A stretch of 64,000 bases of DNA, taken from Alphaproteobacteria bacterium. Lineage in GTDB: Bacteria > Pseudomonadota > Alphaproteobacteria > MPNO01 > UBA830. This document shows, one piece after another, positions 10,520 through 20,978 of the stretch. The number at the start of each line of letters is the position of its first letter. Within the stretch, counting starts at the first letter, position 1. The position numbers and the translations under genes are program-made. The notes below the pieces were generated by a model. The model did no database searches. It saw only the letters and a program-made list of their open reading frames with translations, and was not told the origin of the DNA. The stretch is from contig OZ251539.1 in the NCBI GenBank assembly GCA_965243135.1, forward strand, positions 5,824,001 to 5,888,000, read 5' to 3'.

Positions 10520-11040
10520 CAACTTCCCGGAGGCTTTGCGCGCGTGCCTGTCGGCTCGCGCGCGGCCAACACCCTGTAGTTCGCTCCGCTTGCCCGCCGA
10601 CAGGTCCGCAAGGGCCTCGCGGACGCTCAGTCTTCAGAACGAAAAGCCCGGTTGCCGCGGCGCTGCGCCGCAAACCCGGAGCGAGCCGTTCCGCGATGCG
10701 GGCGCCCGGTTGCGGAGGAGGCGGTCGGACGACCGCAGCGGTCATCCCGTGTCGCGAACCGGACCGACCGGCGGCCGCCCTGACGCTCTGCCCGCAGGCA
10801 GCCGAGCGCCACCGCCGTCACGAGGCCGAGCCGCAGGCGCGTTCGCGCCGCGGACATGGTGTTTCCCCATGCGGCAAGCGTTGTCGAATCGGCTGTAGAT
10901 TCGCGGCGGAACGGCGGGCTGCGCTTCCAGGAGGGGCTGCCCCAAGGGGTGAAGATCCGCCCGTCATGCGTTTCCAGGCGGACGATGCGACCGTACTCGC
11001 CGGCCCGGTGCCTTGGGGTGGAATCCGTGAAAATCGCGAC
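10520..11040 (-). mobile_element. IS remnant (C-terminal part of DDE transposase), copy 2
   Basis: Fragmented frames YGRIVRL...RIFTPWGSPSWKR, RIYSRFDNACRMGKHHVRG, LRLGLVTAVALG; shares ~220 bp with 7800-8016. Confidence 0.6.
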
Positions 11041-11283
11041 CTCGGCGCGGAGAATTCGCAGTACCGTGCCCGAGCACAAGAATTTCCGCACTCCCGAAAA
11101 CTGCCCGCATCTCACGACGTTACGAACGGCGCACGCGGGTCCAGATCGAGAACTCGCTGGAGGCCGGAGCGCCGCTGCCGGTTTCGGAAACTGCGGAAGC
11201 AAGGGCCCGAACGGCGGTTCTCCGGCGTTGCGGAAGCCGCGACCCGCGCTGCCTCCTCCGCTTCCGGGGGGACGACTTCGCAT

Positions 11284-11320
11284 CTATGCAAATTCGAAAT
11301 TTGATGTTAAATTTGCATAG
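11284..11320. promoter_or_regulatory. AT-rich palindrome abutting the start codon (putative operator)
   Basis: CTATGCAAATT-N15-AATTTGCATAG, immediately followed by ATG 11321. Confidence 0.55.
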
Positions 11321-12499
11321 ATGATCGAACGAAAACTGAAGTCCGGGATAGGCCGGTTGCTGAACAGGATGCCGGCTGTCGTCCTCACGGGACCGCGGCA
11401 GGTGGGAAAGACCACCCTCGCGTTGGAAATCGCGCGCGAGCGGGACGCGGTCTATCTTGATCTGGAACGTCCCCGCGATCTGGCGAAAATAGCCGATATC
11501 GAACAGTTTTGCGCGTTCAACGCCGACAAGCTGGTCGTTTTGGACGAAGTGCAGCGCATGCCCGGTCTCTTCGCGCCGCTTCGAGGCATTATCGACGAGC
11601 GCAGGCGGTCCGGCCGGAAATCGGGACAGTTCCTGCTTCTGGGCTCTGCGTCCATCGAGCTGTTGAGGCAATCCGGCGAAACCCTCGCCGGGCGCGCAGC
11701 CTATACCGAACTCCATCCATTCGATCTGACGGAAACGGGGGAGACGCGAGGCCTCTGGCATCGGGGCGGCCTTCCGGAAAGTTACCTTGCTGGCAGCGAC
11801 GCCGACAGTCTGGACTGGCGGGTCGATTTCATCCGCACGTATCTGGAGCGAGACGTTCCGCAGCTCGGGCCGCGCATACCCGCGGAAACGCTGCGACGTT
11901 TCTGGACGATGCTGGCCCATAACCAGGGACAGGTCTTCAACGCTTCCGCATTCGCCAGAGGTCTGGACATGAACGGCGTCACCATCGGCCGTTACCTGGA
12001 CGTGATGGTCGATCTCCTGTTGGTGCGCCGGCTTCAGCCATGGACCGGCAATCTGGGAAGGCGTCTGGTCAAGGCGCCGAAGACCTATGTGAGGGACAGC
12101 GGCGTTTGCCACGCTCTTCTCGGCATTGAAACGCCCAACGATCTTCTGGGCCATCCCGTCGTCGGCGGCAGCTGGGAGGGGTTCGTGATCGAGAATATCT
12201 TCGGCGTTCTGCCTGGACGGGCAGTTTGCGGTTACTACCGCACGGCCGGCGGAGCGGAAATCGATCTCGTTGTCGATCTTGGCACCGGCGCGCTTTGGGC
12301 CCTCGAAATCAAGCGCAGCAGCGCGCCATCGGTGTCGAAAGGCTTTCACAGCGCCTGCGAGGACCTGAAACCGGCCCGAAGGTTCGTTGTCCATGCCGGC
12401 GACGCGAGTTTCCCGTATTCAGCCGGAATAGAGGCCGTCAGCCTGGCGGACATTCTTGCGCACTTCGCCGAAGCGCCGCCGGAACGTTCGCGCGCCTGA
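11321..12499 (+). CDS. AAA_14 ATPase with DUF4143 domain
   Basis: GPRQVGKTT, LDEVQ, LLGSAS, LAGR, RGGLPE, KAPKTYVRDSG, EIDLV...LEIK. Confidence 0.9.
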   Translation: MIERKLKSGIGRLLNRMPAVVLTGPRQVGKTTLALEIARERDAVYLDLERPRDLAKIADIEQFCAFNADKLVVLDEVQRMPGLFAPLRGIIDERRRSGRKSGQFLLLGSASIELLRQSGETLAGRAAYTELHPFDLTETGETRGLWHRGGLPESYLAGSDADSLDWRVDFIRTYLERDVPQLGPRIPAETLRRFWTMLAHNQGQVFNASAFARGLDMNGVTIGRYLDVMVDLLLVRRLQPWTGNLGRRLVKAPKTYVRDSGVCHALLGIETPNDLLGHPVVGGSWEGFVIENIFGVLPGRAVCGYYRTAGGAEIDLVVDLGTGALWALEIKRSSAPSVSKGFHSACEDLKPARRFVVHAGDASFPYSAGIEAVSLADILAHFAEAPPERSRA

Positions 12500-12562
12500 T
12501 CTCTCCGCGCTCGAGCTTGTTTCCGCCCGGCGCCTGCCGTCCCTTGGGTTTGGGCGGCTCTC

Positions 12563-13744
12563 CTACAGAATGTCCGTTCCGGGTTCCAGACCCAACAGGG
12601 TCCGCCCGTAGATCAGGGAGTTGGTTCGAAACTGCAGGGTTGCGTGCTGGTTGATGGCGTAAACGTCGCGCCACGCGCGCTGCACCGGGTTCGCCTCAGA
12701 CAGGCCGGCGCCGCCGCAGGCGAGGAATACGCTCTCCACCGCCTCCATGCACAGCTTCACCGCGTAGGCGCAGTCCATGCGAATGCGGGCGCGAACCATC
12801 CTGCGCATGCGGCCGTTGCGTTCGGCGGCTTCGTGAATGTCGTCGGCCGTTCGGTGAAGCAGCGTCCGCGCCGCGTCGACGCCGGCGCGGGCGTCGGCCA
12901 CGATCCGGTGGGTCAGCGGATCCTCGATCTGCGGCGCGGCGCGCAGGTGCGGATCGGTCCGGCCGGGCACGAAGTCGATGAAGTCTCGGATTGCGCCTTC
13001 GGCCAACCCGAGCGCCGGGCCGCAGAGCGCCAGCGCCAGCGGCGGCGCCAGCGGCGCGCGGTACAATGTGCCTGTATGGATTTCGCCGCCCGGGGTGCTG
13101 CCCTTGCGCGCCCTGCGAAACGAGATATGGCGGTGTTCGGGCACGAAGATGTCCTTGCCGGTCACGCTGCAACTTCCCGTTCCGCGCAGACCCGCCGCGT
13201 GCCAATCGTCCTTGATGGCGGCGTCCGCGACAGGCACCGCGAAACAGGCCTCGTCCTCGACTCCCCCATCGTCGTCGAGCACCCGCGCGCCGAGTATCAG
13301 CCAGTCGGACCTCTCGCAACCGGAAGCGAACGGCCAGAAGCCTTCCAGCCTGTAGCCGTCGCTTTCTCTCCGCGCGGCGCCGCGAGGATTGAGGACCGCC
13401 GCGACGAGCGCGTCGGGATTATCGAGGTATATCTCGTCCTGCGCCTCGCGAGCGAGCAGGCCTACCAGCCACGAGTGGATTTGCAGCACGCCGAGGCACC
13501 AGGCGGTCGAGGCGCAGCCCTTGCCGATTTCCTCGACCACGTCCAGATGGACGTGAAAGTCCAGTTGCCGGCCGCCGCAACGCTCGGGCTGCAGGACGCG
13601 AAACAATCCGGCGGATCTCAGATCGGCGACGTTTTCGACGGGCAGGCGGCGGTCGCGTTCGGTATTTCGCGCTCGTTCGCGCAGGACAGGCGCGAGGCGT
13701 CGCGCGGCGGCGGCGAGGCTGTCGGGAAAAACGGCTGCGTCCAT
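12563..13744 (-). CDS. Acyl-CoA dehydrogenase-fold flavin monooxygenase (HsaA/HpaH-like)
   Basis: CASTAW, WPFASGC, DDWHAAGLRGTGS, VQRAWRD. Confidence 0.85.
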   Translation of the reverse strand: MDAAVFPDSLAAAARRLAPVLRERARNTERDRRLPVENVADLRSAGLFRVLQPERCGGRQLDFHVHLDVVEEIGKGCASTAWCLGVLQIHSWLVGLLAREAQDEIYLDNPDALVAAVLNPRGAARRESDGYRLEGFWPFASGCERSDWLILGARVLDDDGGVEDEACFAVPVADAAIKDDWHAAGLRGTGSCSVTGKDIFVPEHRHISFRRARKGSTPGGEIHTGTLYRAPLAPPLALALCGPALGLAEGAIRDFIDFVPGRTDPHLRAAPQIEDPLTHRIVADARAGVDAARTLLHRTADDIHEAAERNGRMRRMVRARIRMDCAYAVKLCMEAVESVFLACGGAGLSEANPVQRAWRDVYAINQHATLQFRTNSLIYGRTLLGLEPGTDIL

Positions 13745-13880
13745 GAAGGCAATGTAGTGGAGATCGGGCGCTCGGGAAACGCCGCGGATCCGGCAGGTTC
13801 GTCGCCTTCGTCCGGTCGGGTTCCTTGTCCGGCGCGATGGCGCCTGTTAAATCCTGCGCGCCTGCCCGACGAGGACATCC

Positions 13881-14462
13881 ATGCTTCGCAGCCTCTACGA
13901 CCGGACGATGCGACTCGCCGCCCGTCGCGATGCGGTGTGGTTTCTCGCGGCGGTCGCATTTGTCGAGAGTTCGGTATTTCCCGTTCCGCCCGACGTCATG
14001 CTGATTCCGATGGTGCTCGCCGCGCGCGGCGGCGCCTGGCGGTTCGCCGCCGTCTGCACCGTCGCCTCGGTGCTCGGAGGACTGGCCGGCTACGCCGTCG
14101 GCCTGACCCTTTTCGAGACCGCCGGGCGGCCGATTCTCGAGCTGTACGGTTACGCCGACCGGTTCGCCGAGTTCACGCTTCGCTACAACGAATACGGCGC
14201 CTGGATCGTCTTCGCGGCGGGCGTTACGCCCTTTCCGTACAAGGTGATCACTATTGCCAGCGGCGCTGCGCAGCTCGATCTCGCGACCTTCACCGTGGCG
14301 TCGGCGCTCGCGCGCGGGACAAGATTCTTTCTGGTGGCGGCGCTGCTTTACTGGATCGGTCCTCCCGTCCGCAGTTTCATCGAGCGGCGCTTGGGGTTGA
14401 TGTTCACGATCTTTTGCGTTCTGCTGATCGGCGGTTTCGTGCTCGTCAGGATCGCAGCATGA
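13881..14462 (+). CDS. YqaA/DedA family membrane protein
   Basis: FVESSVFPVPPDVMLIPM, TPFPYKVITIASG. Confidence 0.9.
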   Translation: MLRSLYDRTMRLAARRDAVWFLAAVAFVESSVFPVPPDVMLIPMVLAARGGAWRFAAVCTVASVLGGLAGYAVGLTLFETAGRPILELYGYADRFAEFTLRYNEYGAWIVFAAGVTPFPYKVITIASGAAQLDLATFTVASALARGTRFFLVAALLYWIGPPVRSFIERRLGLMFTIFCVLLIGGFVLVRIAA

Positions 14463-14962
14463 AGATTGTTGCCGATAGCGCCGCGCCGCTGTGGGCGATG
14501 GCGGCGTCCGCCGGGGCGCTCGCGGTCGCGCTCGGCGCGCAGTATCTGGGAGGTCTGCATCCCTGCGATCTTTGCATCTGGCAGCGATTGCCCTACGGGA
14601 TTGCGATCGTGATCGGAACGGCGGCGCTTCTGTGGTTCCGGTCGCCGCGCGAGCGCGCCGTGCTGACGTGGCTCGCCGTTCTCTGCTTCGCGGCGGGCGT
14701 CGTCGTCGCCCTGTATCACGTCGGCGTGGAACAGCGCTGGATTGCGGGGCCCTCTTCCTGTTCGGGGTCGTCGGCGCTCGGCGCGGCCGGCAGCGTCGAG
14801 GAGTTGCGAAAGCTGCTTGCGGCCGCTCCCGTGATACGCTGCGACGAGATACCATGGTCCCTGTTCGGCGTCTCGATCGCCGGCTGGAACGCTGTCGCCT
14901 CGCTTGCGCTGGCCGCGACCTGCGGCGTCGCCGGGTGGCGGCAGACGGCGGCGTTTCGATGA
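14459..14962 (+). CDS. dsbB: Disulfide bond formation protein B
   Basis: PCDLCIWQRLPY, YHVGVE, second Cys pair; ATGA overlap with upstream gene. Confidence 0.9.
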   Translation: MKIVADSAAPLWAMAASAGALAVALGAQYLGGLHPCDLCIWQRLPYGIAIVIGTAALLWFRSPRERAVLTWLAVLCFAAGVVVALYHVGVEQRWIAGPSSCSGSSALGAAGSVEELRKLLAAAPVIRCDEIPWSLFGVSIAGWNAVASLALAATCGVAGWRQTAAFR

Positions 14963-15519
14963 CCGACAAGAAAGACACGCGCCACGGGATACTGCCGGGG
15001 GACGTGCCGGCGGAAGAGATGATCGAGAGGTTCGTGCGGGTCGATCATGCGGGAGAGTACGGCGCCGTGCGAATCTGCGAGGGTCAGCTCGCGATTCTCG
15101 GCAAGTCGCCGTCCGGCGACGCGATCCGCGACATGACCGCCAAGGAGCGCGAACATCTCGCGAAATTCGACGAATTGATCGGCGCTCGGCGCGTGCGACC
15201 GACCGCTCTGTTGCCGATCTGGCATGTCGCGGGATACGCGTTGGGCGCCGCGACCGCCCTGATGGGCGAACGCGCCGCCATGGCGTGCACTGCGGCCGTC
15301 GAGGAGGTGATCGACGCGCATTACGCGGATCAGGCGGCGCGACTCGGCGACGACGAATCCGAGCTTCGCGAGACCATAAGGCAATATCGCGCCGACGAGA
15401 TCGAACATCGGGAAACGGCGCTCGATCACGGAGCGGAACAGGCGCCGGGCTACGAAGCGCTGTCGGCAGCGATCAAGACCGGTTCCCGCATCGCGATCTG
15501 GCTCAGCGAGCGGATCTGA
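14959..15519 (+). CDS. coq7: Demethoxyubiquinone hydroxylase (Coq7 family)
   Basis: RVDHAGEYGAVRI, AMACTAAVEEVIDAHY, DEIEH di-iron motifs. Confidence 0.92.
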   Translation: MTDKKDTRHGILPGDVPAEEMIERFVRVDHAGEYGAVRICEGQLAILGKSPSGDAIRDMTAKEREHLAKFDELIGARRVRPTALLPIWHVAGYALGAATALMGERAAMACTAAVEEVIDAHYADQAARLGDDESELRETIRQYRADEIEHRETALDHGAEQAPGYEALSAAIKTGSRIAIWLSERI

Positions 15520-16030
15520 TTTCTCAGGCGCATATGGCACCCAAACGCTTCATAATTTGCGTACTCGGTCAACATGTTCAGGTATCGTATTGCGTCGGCG
15601 CGGAGCGTATGGGTTCGAACGCACGGCGATGGGACGGCGCATGACCGCGATGAGCATGGCATATCTTGGACGACAGGGGTTGCACGACCGGGACGAGGTA
15701 GCGGTGATCGAGGAGAGGTTCACGGTGCCATGGGGTGTTGATACATGTGCTGTTGCTGGACAATTTGTACAACTTGTAGAAGCGCGCCGCGGCGCGTCCG
15801 CCCTACGTCGCACGGCGAAGTCGTCAGCTCCGCGCCAAGCGAATCCGAATGCCCAGCCTTGCTTCTTTACGGTTTGGGGAGAGGCGCGCATGGTCGACGT
15901 GAACGGAGCATGCGACGTTTCGATACGAATTTGCAGCCGGATACGTGCGAAATTCCGGCGGAAGGGCGGTGCGATTTGATCGCAGGACGCGGCGTCTTCC
16001 GAGCATCGGGGCGATTGAAGGAGACAGGAC

Positions 16031-16243
16031 ATGAGCAATCGTAAGGTCAAAAAGCGTTCGGATTCCAAGCGTGAGCAGGAATACGAAGCGATGCTGAAGG
16101 CTGCACTTGCTCGTCCGGGCGTTCACGAAGTGATGAAGGTCTATGACGGCTGGCGGGAGAAAGATCTAGGGCGCGATGCCTATCGCTCAGCGACCAAAAA
16201 TCCCCATCGTATATTGACGACGAATTCGTCGAACGCTCGTTGA
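16031..16243 (+). CDS. Small hypothetical protein
   Basis: RBS-like AGGA before ATG; protein-like 70 aa; precedes the protease remnant. Confidence 0.5.
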   Translation: MSNRKVKKRSDSKREQEYEAMLKAALARPGVHEVMKVYDGWREKDLGRDAYRSATKNPHRILTTNSSNAR

Positions 16244-16289
16244 AGCGACGAAGAAGGACAGCCGAGATTGCCGATATGGAGTGAGATCT

Positions 16290-16900
16290 GGCGCAACTCG
16301 CTATGTCGGCTGCTACCATGATCGCGTGCGCCGCCGATGAGATTGTTCTTGGAAGACATTCGTTTCATGGCCCTACCGACCCGCAACTTTTACTTCCGAC
16401 GTCGCGTAAGGGCGGTTCCTGCTCAAGCGGTCTTGGATCAGTTCGACCAAGCGCGGCGGGAATGCACCGGTCCGGCTAAGTTGTCGGCTTGGTTTCCAAC
16501 GCTTGGCCAATATGGGCCCGGCCTCTTGGCGCGATCGGCGCTCGACATGTCGAGAGAATTGGTAAGGACATGGTTAGCGGCCTATATGTTCAAGGACAAG
16601 AGTGATCGTTCTCGAAGAGCAAAAAAGGTATCGAATTGGTTATCTGGTCATGGCAATTTCAAGAGCCGTTCCGGACGCATTCCAAGAACTGAATTTGAAA
16701 AGCATGGATTGGCGGTATTTCGACTTGAGAGCGACGAACAATTTCAAGATTTATCGGTGTTTCATGCGACAATGCATACTTTTACCGACACGCGTGCCGT
16801 AAAGATCGTCGAAAACCATACTGGTCGCGCTTTCAGCATGCCGTTCATTCCGTTCCGGCCGTTCAACTCGGAATCGCTCAGGTATCTCCAGACGCGCCTG
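16290..16900 (+). pseudogene. SDH family Clp-fold serine proteinase remnant
   Basis: LAMSAATMIACAADEIVLGRHSFHGPTDPQ, then a frameshift into VPAQAVLDQF...SVFHATMHTF...VKIVENHTGRAF; N-terminus missing. Confidence 0.7.
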
Positions 16901-16992
16901 ACCAAGCGTAGAGTTCCGGTTTGCCGCCGCCGCCGGGGTCATGGGCGGAGCCCCGCAGCCACGCTTGGCGACTGGACGATCCGGTGCGCGTT

Positions 16993-17577
16993 TCAGAACC
17001 GCCTCATCTCCCGGCGCACCTTGTCGATGAACCTGGTCACGGACGGCGCCTGCCGTTTCTGCAACCCGTAGAGCCCCAAGTACGAAATTCTCGCCCCGGG
17101 GGCGACGAACCAGCTCATGTAGCGCGTCATCATCCGCCGCGACGGGTCTCCGAACCACAGGAAATCCGCGCGCCGCCGCCCGTAGGTCACGACCGAGGCG
17201 ACGCGTCCGATATGTTCCAGATTGGGGCCGAGAGCGCCGTCGTCCTTCATGCGGAACGCGATGCCCGGCGCCATCACGCGATCGAAAAACCCCTTGAGAA
17301 TGGCGGGAGGGCCGAGGCACCACGTGGGAAAGCAGAAAACCAGCCCCCTGGCGGCCTCGATGCGCTCGGCGTAGTCCCGGAAACGCGCCCGGTTGGCCTC
17401 GACGTCGAAATAACCCTGCCGTTCCTCGGCCGTCAGCACCGGATCGAAGCCGTCCGCGTAAAGGTCGAGGTCGTCGGCCTCGTGGCCCGCTTCCCGAAGG
17501 GCTTCGAGAATCGTTCCGTGCAGCGTTCCGTTGAGGCTGTCGGCAAGAGGATGGGCGCGGACGACGAGAACCCGCAT
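16993..17577 (-). CDS. NAD(P)H-dependent oxidoreductase (flavodoxin_2)
   Basis: AHPLADSLN, DLYADGFDP, FPTWCLGPPAILKGFFDRV. Confidence 0.88.
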   Translation of the reverse strand: MRVLVVRAHPLADSLNGTLHGTILEALREAGHEADDLDLYADGFDPVLTAEERQGYFDVEANRARFRDYAERIEAARGLVFCFPTWCLGPPAILKGFFDRVMAPGIAFRMKDDGALGPNLEHIGRVASVVTYGRRRADFLWFGDPSRRMMTRYMSWFVAPGARISYLGLYGLQKRQAPSVTRFIDKVRREMRRF

Positions 17578-17626
17578 CAGTCCGCTCCGCGACGGGCGGG
17601 CGCAGGTCTTTTCCGGCGATCCCGGG

Positions 17627-18874
17627 TCATGCTGCGCGAACCGGATAGCGGACGAAGCCGCGGAACCGCGCCCGCGGATGGCGCAGGGCCTCGCCCGCCT
17701 TCTCGATGCGCGCGAAACGCCGGACGAAGGCGCCGAGCGCGATCCGCGCCTCCATGCGGCCCAGCGACATTCCCGCGCAGGCGTGTATGCCCGATCCGAA
17801 GGCGAGATGCCTGTTGGGCTTCCGCGAAACGTCCAGCCGGTCGGGATCGGGGAAGATTTCGGGGTCGCGGTTGGCCGCGCCGATGCTCATCCATACGTAG
17901 GATTCCTTTTTGATCGTCACGCCGTTCACCTCGGCGTCCGCCGTCAGCTTCCGGTTGCCGAGCTGGACCGGACTTTCGAAACGCAGGATTTCCTCGACGG
18001 CCGTGCCGATCAGATCCGGCTCGTCGCGCAACCTCGCAAGCTGGTCGGGAAACCGCAGCAACGCGTCGACGCCGTTCGTTATCGTGTTGGCGGTGGTTTC
18101 GTGCCCGGCGTTGAGCAGGAAGATGCAATTGTGCAGGAGTTCGAGTTCCGTCAGCGTTTCGCCGTCCTCGTCGGGACCGACGAGCTTGGACAGCACTTCG
18201 CCCGCGTCGCCGGGAGCGCGCTCGCGCTCGGCGATCAGCCAGCGCAGGTAGTCCTTGAATTCGTCCACCGCCCGGCTGCCGGCGTCGCGGCCTTCCTCCC
18301 CGAGATCCGCTTCCAGTCCGCTGAGAATGGCGACCGCCCACGGGGACAGGCGGCGGCGGTCGGCGCTCGGCACGCCGAGCATGTCGCCGATCAGTTCGAT
18401 CGGGAGCTTCATCGCGAAGTCGTGCAGCAGGTCGAATTCGCCGGCGAGTTCGTCGAGAGACGACGCGACGACCGCGCGAACCCGCGGTTCCAGCGCCCGC
18501 AGCGCCCGCGGGGTGAAGGCGGGAGACAGGCGCTTGCGGACGCGGGTATGCCGCGGCGGATCGTTGAAGACGAGGCTCGTCGTGTGATGCTCGTACAGGG
18601 GCGTCTCGCCCATCGTGCGGCGGAACTCGACCGTCTTGTCGGAAGAGAACAGGATCGGATCGTGGTAGATCGCGTCGAGATCGGCGTGCCGCGTCAGGAA
18701 CAGCGAGCCGTCCGGCAGCCTCTTCACGGGCGCGCGGCGGCGGAGCGCGTGAAAGACGGGATATGGATCCTCGTAGAAGCTGCGGTCGAGCCTTCCGAGA
18801 TCGAACGCCTCGACCGCGGCGGCTCCCGCATCGACGATGCCGCCGTACAGCGCCTCTTTCCGGATGGCCGCCAT
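17627..18874 (-). CDS. Cytochrome P450
   Basis: DPPRHTRVR, AGHETT, EEILR, HLAFGSGIHACAG. Confidence 0.95.
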   Translation of the reverse strand: MAAIRKEALYGGIVDAGAAAVEAFDLGRLDRSFYEDPYPVFHALRRRAPVKRLPDGSLFLTRHADLDAIYHDPILFSSDKTVEFRRTMGETPLYEHHTTSLVFNDPPRHTRVRKRLSPAFTPRALRALEPRVRAVVASSLDELAGEFDLLHDFAMKLPIELIGDMLGVPSADRRRLSPWAVAILSGLEADLGEEGRDAGSRAVDEFKDYLRWLIAERERAPGDAGEVLSKLVGPDEDGETLTELELLHNCIFLLNAGHETTANTITNGVDALLRFPDQLARLRDEPDLIGTAVEEILRFESPVQLGNRKLTADAEVNGVTIKKESYVWMSIGAANRDPEIFPDPDRLDVSRKPNRHLAFGSGIHACAGMSLGRMEARIALGAFVRRFARIEKAGEALRHPRARFRGFVRYPVRAA

Positions 18875-18953
18875 GACGGGTGCAGTCTAGCCGACGGAGA
18901 CGCCGACGGCAAAGAAGGCGCGCGCCGGCCGCTCCTCGGCGGGCGCACGCTCC

Positions 18954-19508
18954 TCAATCCTGTTCGAGCTCGCTGTCCCAGTAAAGGAAGTCGCGCCAGC
19001 TCTCGTGCAGGTAATTCGGAGGAAACGACCGGCCGTTGCGCTGGAGCAGATGGTTGGTGGGCTCCCGCGGCGGCGGCGACGGGATCATTCCGCATTCCTG
19101 CGGCAGCTTGTCGCCCTTGCGGAGATTGCAGTCCGAGCAGGCGGCGGCGACGTTGTTCCAGACGGTCTGGCCGCCGCGCGATCTGGGGACGACGTGATCG
19201 AAAGTCAGATCGGACGTCGGCGGCGAGTCGCCGCAATAGAGGCATCTGAACCTGTCGCGCAGGAAGACGTTGAAGCGCGTGAACGCCGGACGCCGGGACA
19301 GATGCACGTACTGCTTCAGCGCGATGACGCTGGGCAGGCGCATCGAGAAGGAGGGCGACCTGATCTCGCGCTCGTACTCGGAGACGATATTCACCCGATC
19401 GAGGAATACCGCCTTGACGGCGTCCTGCCAGCACCACAGCGACAGCGGAAAATAGCTCAGCGGCCGGAAATCGGCGTTGAGAACCAAAGCTGGACAATCG
19501 TTCGACAT
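18954..19508 (-). CDS. HNH endonuclease (McrA-like, conserved in alphaproteobacteria)
   Basis: ALVLNADFRPLSYFPLS, CLYCG, TFDHVVPRSRGG, CSDCN. Confidence 0.92.
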   Translation of the reverse strand: MSNDCPALVLNADFRPLSYFPLSLWCWQDAVKAVFLDRVNIVSEYEREIRSPSFSMRLPSVIALKQYVHLSRRPAFTRFNVFLRDRFRCLYCGDSPPTSDLTFDHVVPRSRGGQTVWNNVAAACSDCNLRKGDKLPQECGMIPSPPPREPTNHLLQRNGRSFPPNYLHESWRDFLYWDSELEQD

Positions 19509-19591
19509 CGTTCGGCTACCCGGATCGTGCAACCGCAAGATAGCTCCCAGAGAACATCGGAGCAACCTTCGCGGCGGCGGCCCGGCGGCCG

Positions 19592-20248
19592 TCAGCTGCC
19601 GATCGCGCGCCGGACGAATTCCAGTCCGATTTCGATCCCCCGTTCGTCGATGCCGTGGCCGAGCCCGGGGCGGACATGGGTCTCGACGTCGACGCCGCAG
19701 TCGCGAAGCGCCGCCGCGGCGGCCTCCATCTCGGAGACCGCGAGGAGCTCGTCGGAATCGCCGTGCACCAGGACCACGGGCGGCCGCGACGCGATCTCCG
19801 CGCGCAGCAGATCGGGCGCTTCCATGCGCCCGGAATACCCCACGATGCCGGCGACCGCGGATCGGCGGCGCGGCGCGACGAACAGCGACATCATGGTGCC
19901 CTGCGAGAAGCCGATCAGCACGAGATCCCGCTCCGCGAGGCCGCGCCGCTCGAGCTGGGCCGTGATGAAGCCGTCGAGCATCCCGGCGGCGGCGCGGATC
20001 GCGGCGAGCCGCGCCTCCCTGTCCTGCATCCAGACGTCGTACCACTGGTAGCCGAACGGCGAGCCGCCGCAGCGGAAGGGCGCGTTGGGCGCGATGAAGG
20101 CCGCGTCCGGCGCGGCCTCGGCGAAATAGCGTCCGAGCGATATCAGGTCGTTGCCGTCCGCGCCGTAGCCATGGAGGAAGACGATCAGCCGGCGCGCGGG
20201 AGCGCCGGATGCGGGTTGTATTTCGGGGCCGGAGAGGATTTCGGTCAT
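19592..20248 (-). CDS. Phospholipase/carboxylesterase
   Basis: LHGYGADGNDL, GFSQG, HGDSD, GHGI. Confidence 0.9.
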   Translation of the reverse strand: MTEILSGPEIQPASGAPARRLIVFLHGYGADGNDLISLGRYFAEAAPDAAFIAPNAPFRCGGSPFGYQWYDVWMQDREARLAAIRAAAGMLDGFITAQLERRGLAERDLVLIGFSQGTMMSLFVAPRRRSAVAGIVGYSGRMEAPDLLRAEIASRPPVVLVHGDSDELLAVSEMEAAAAALRDCGVDVETHVRPGLGHGIDERGIEIGLEFVRRAIGS

Positions 20249-20284
20249 GGTCTCGGGGATCGGCGCCGCGCCGGTTTCCGCCCG

Positions 20285-20950
20285 TCAGGCGGGCGGCGTC
20301 TTGGCGATCTTTCGGCGGACGGTGTTGAGGTAGTGGTGCCAAAGAATGCGGGCGGCGACGCTGCGCCACGGACGCCATTGCTGGCCGATTCCGGTCAGGG
20401 TGTCCGCGTCGGGCCGAAGGGCGAGCCCTTTCACCTCGCGCGCGGCCGCCTGGAGCGCGACGTCGTCCGCCGGCCATACGTCCGGCCGCATCAGGCACGT
20501 CAGCAGATAGACGTCGGCCGTCCACGGACCGATGCCCTTCACGCGGGTGAGGCGGTCCCGGACCCCGTCGTCGTCCAGCCGCGCCAGTTGCCCGGTGCGG
20601 AGCGATCCGTCGGTCACGCAATCGCCGAGATGCCTGATGTAGCTCGTTTTCTGACGGCTGATGCCGGCGTCGCGGAACGTTTTGTCCGGCAGCGCGCCGA
20701 CGTTTTCCGGGGTCAGTTCGCCGACCGCGGCCGACAGGCGCTCGAAGGCCGCGCGCGCCGACGCGAGCGAAACCTGCTGCTCCAGAATGAGAAGGGCCAG
20801 CGTCGCGTATCCGCCCGGACGCCGCCGCAACGCGGGCCGCCCGAAGCGCTCGACGACGGCCCCCAATTCCGGGTCGCGCCGCGCGAGAAGCGCGACGGCC
20901 TCGTCGAAGGTCCGCTTCGTGAGCCGGCCGGTCAAATTTTCGCGTGTCAC
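20285..20950 (-). CDS. DNA-3-methyladenine glycosylase (AlkA family)
   Basis: ILEQQVS, VKGIGPWTA HhH motif, WRPWRSVAA; start approximate. Confidence 0.88.
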   Translation of the reverse strand: MTRENLTGRLTKRTFDEAVALLARRDPELGAVVERFGRPALRRRPGGYATLALLILEQQVSLASARAAFERLSAAVGELTPENVGALPDKTFRDAGISRQKTSYIRHLGDCVTDGSLRTGQLARLDDDGVRDRLTRVKGIGPWTADVYLLTCLMRPDVWPADDVALQAAAREVKGLALRPDADTLTGIGQQWRPWRSVAARILWHHYLNTVRRKIAKTPPA

Positions 20951-20978
20951 GAGAGTTCCATGCCATAAAATCGGGATC

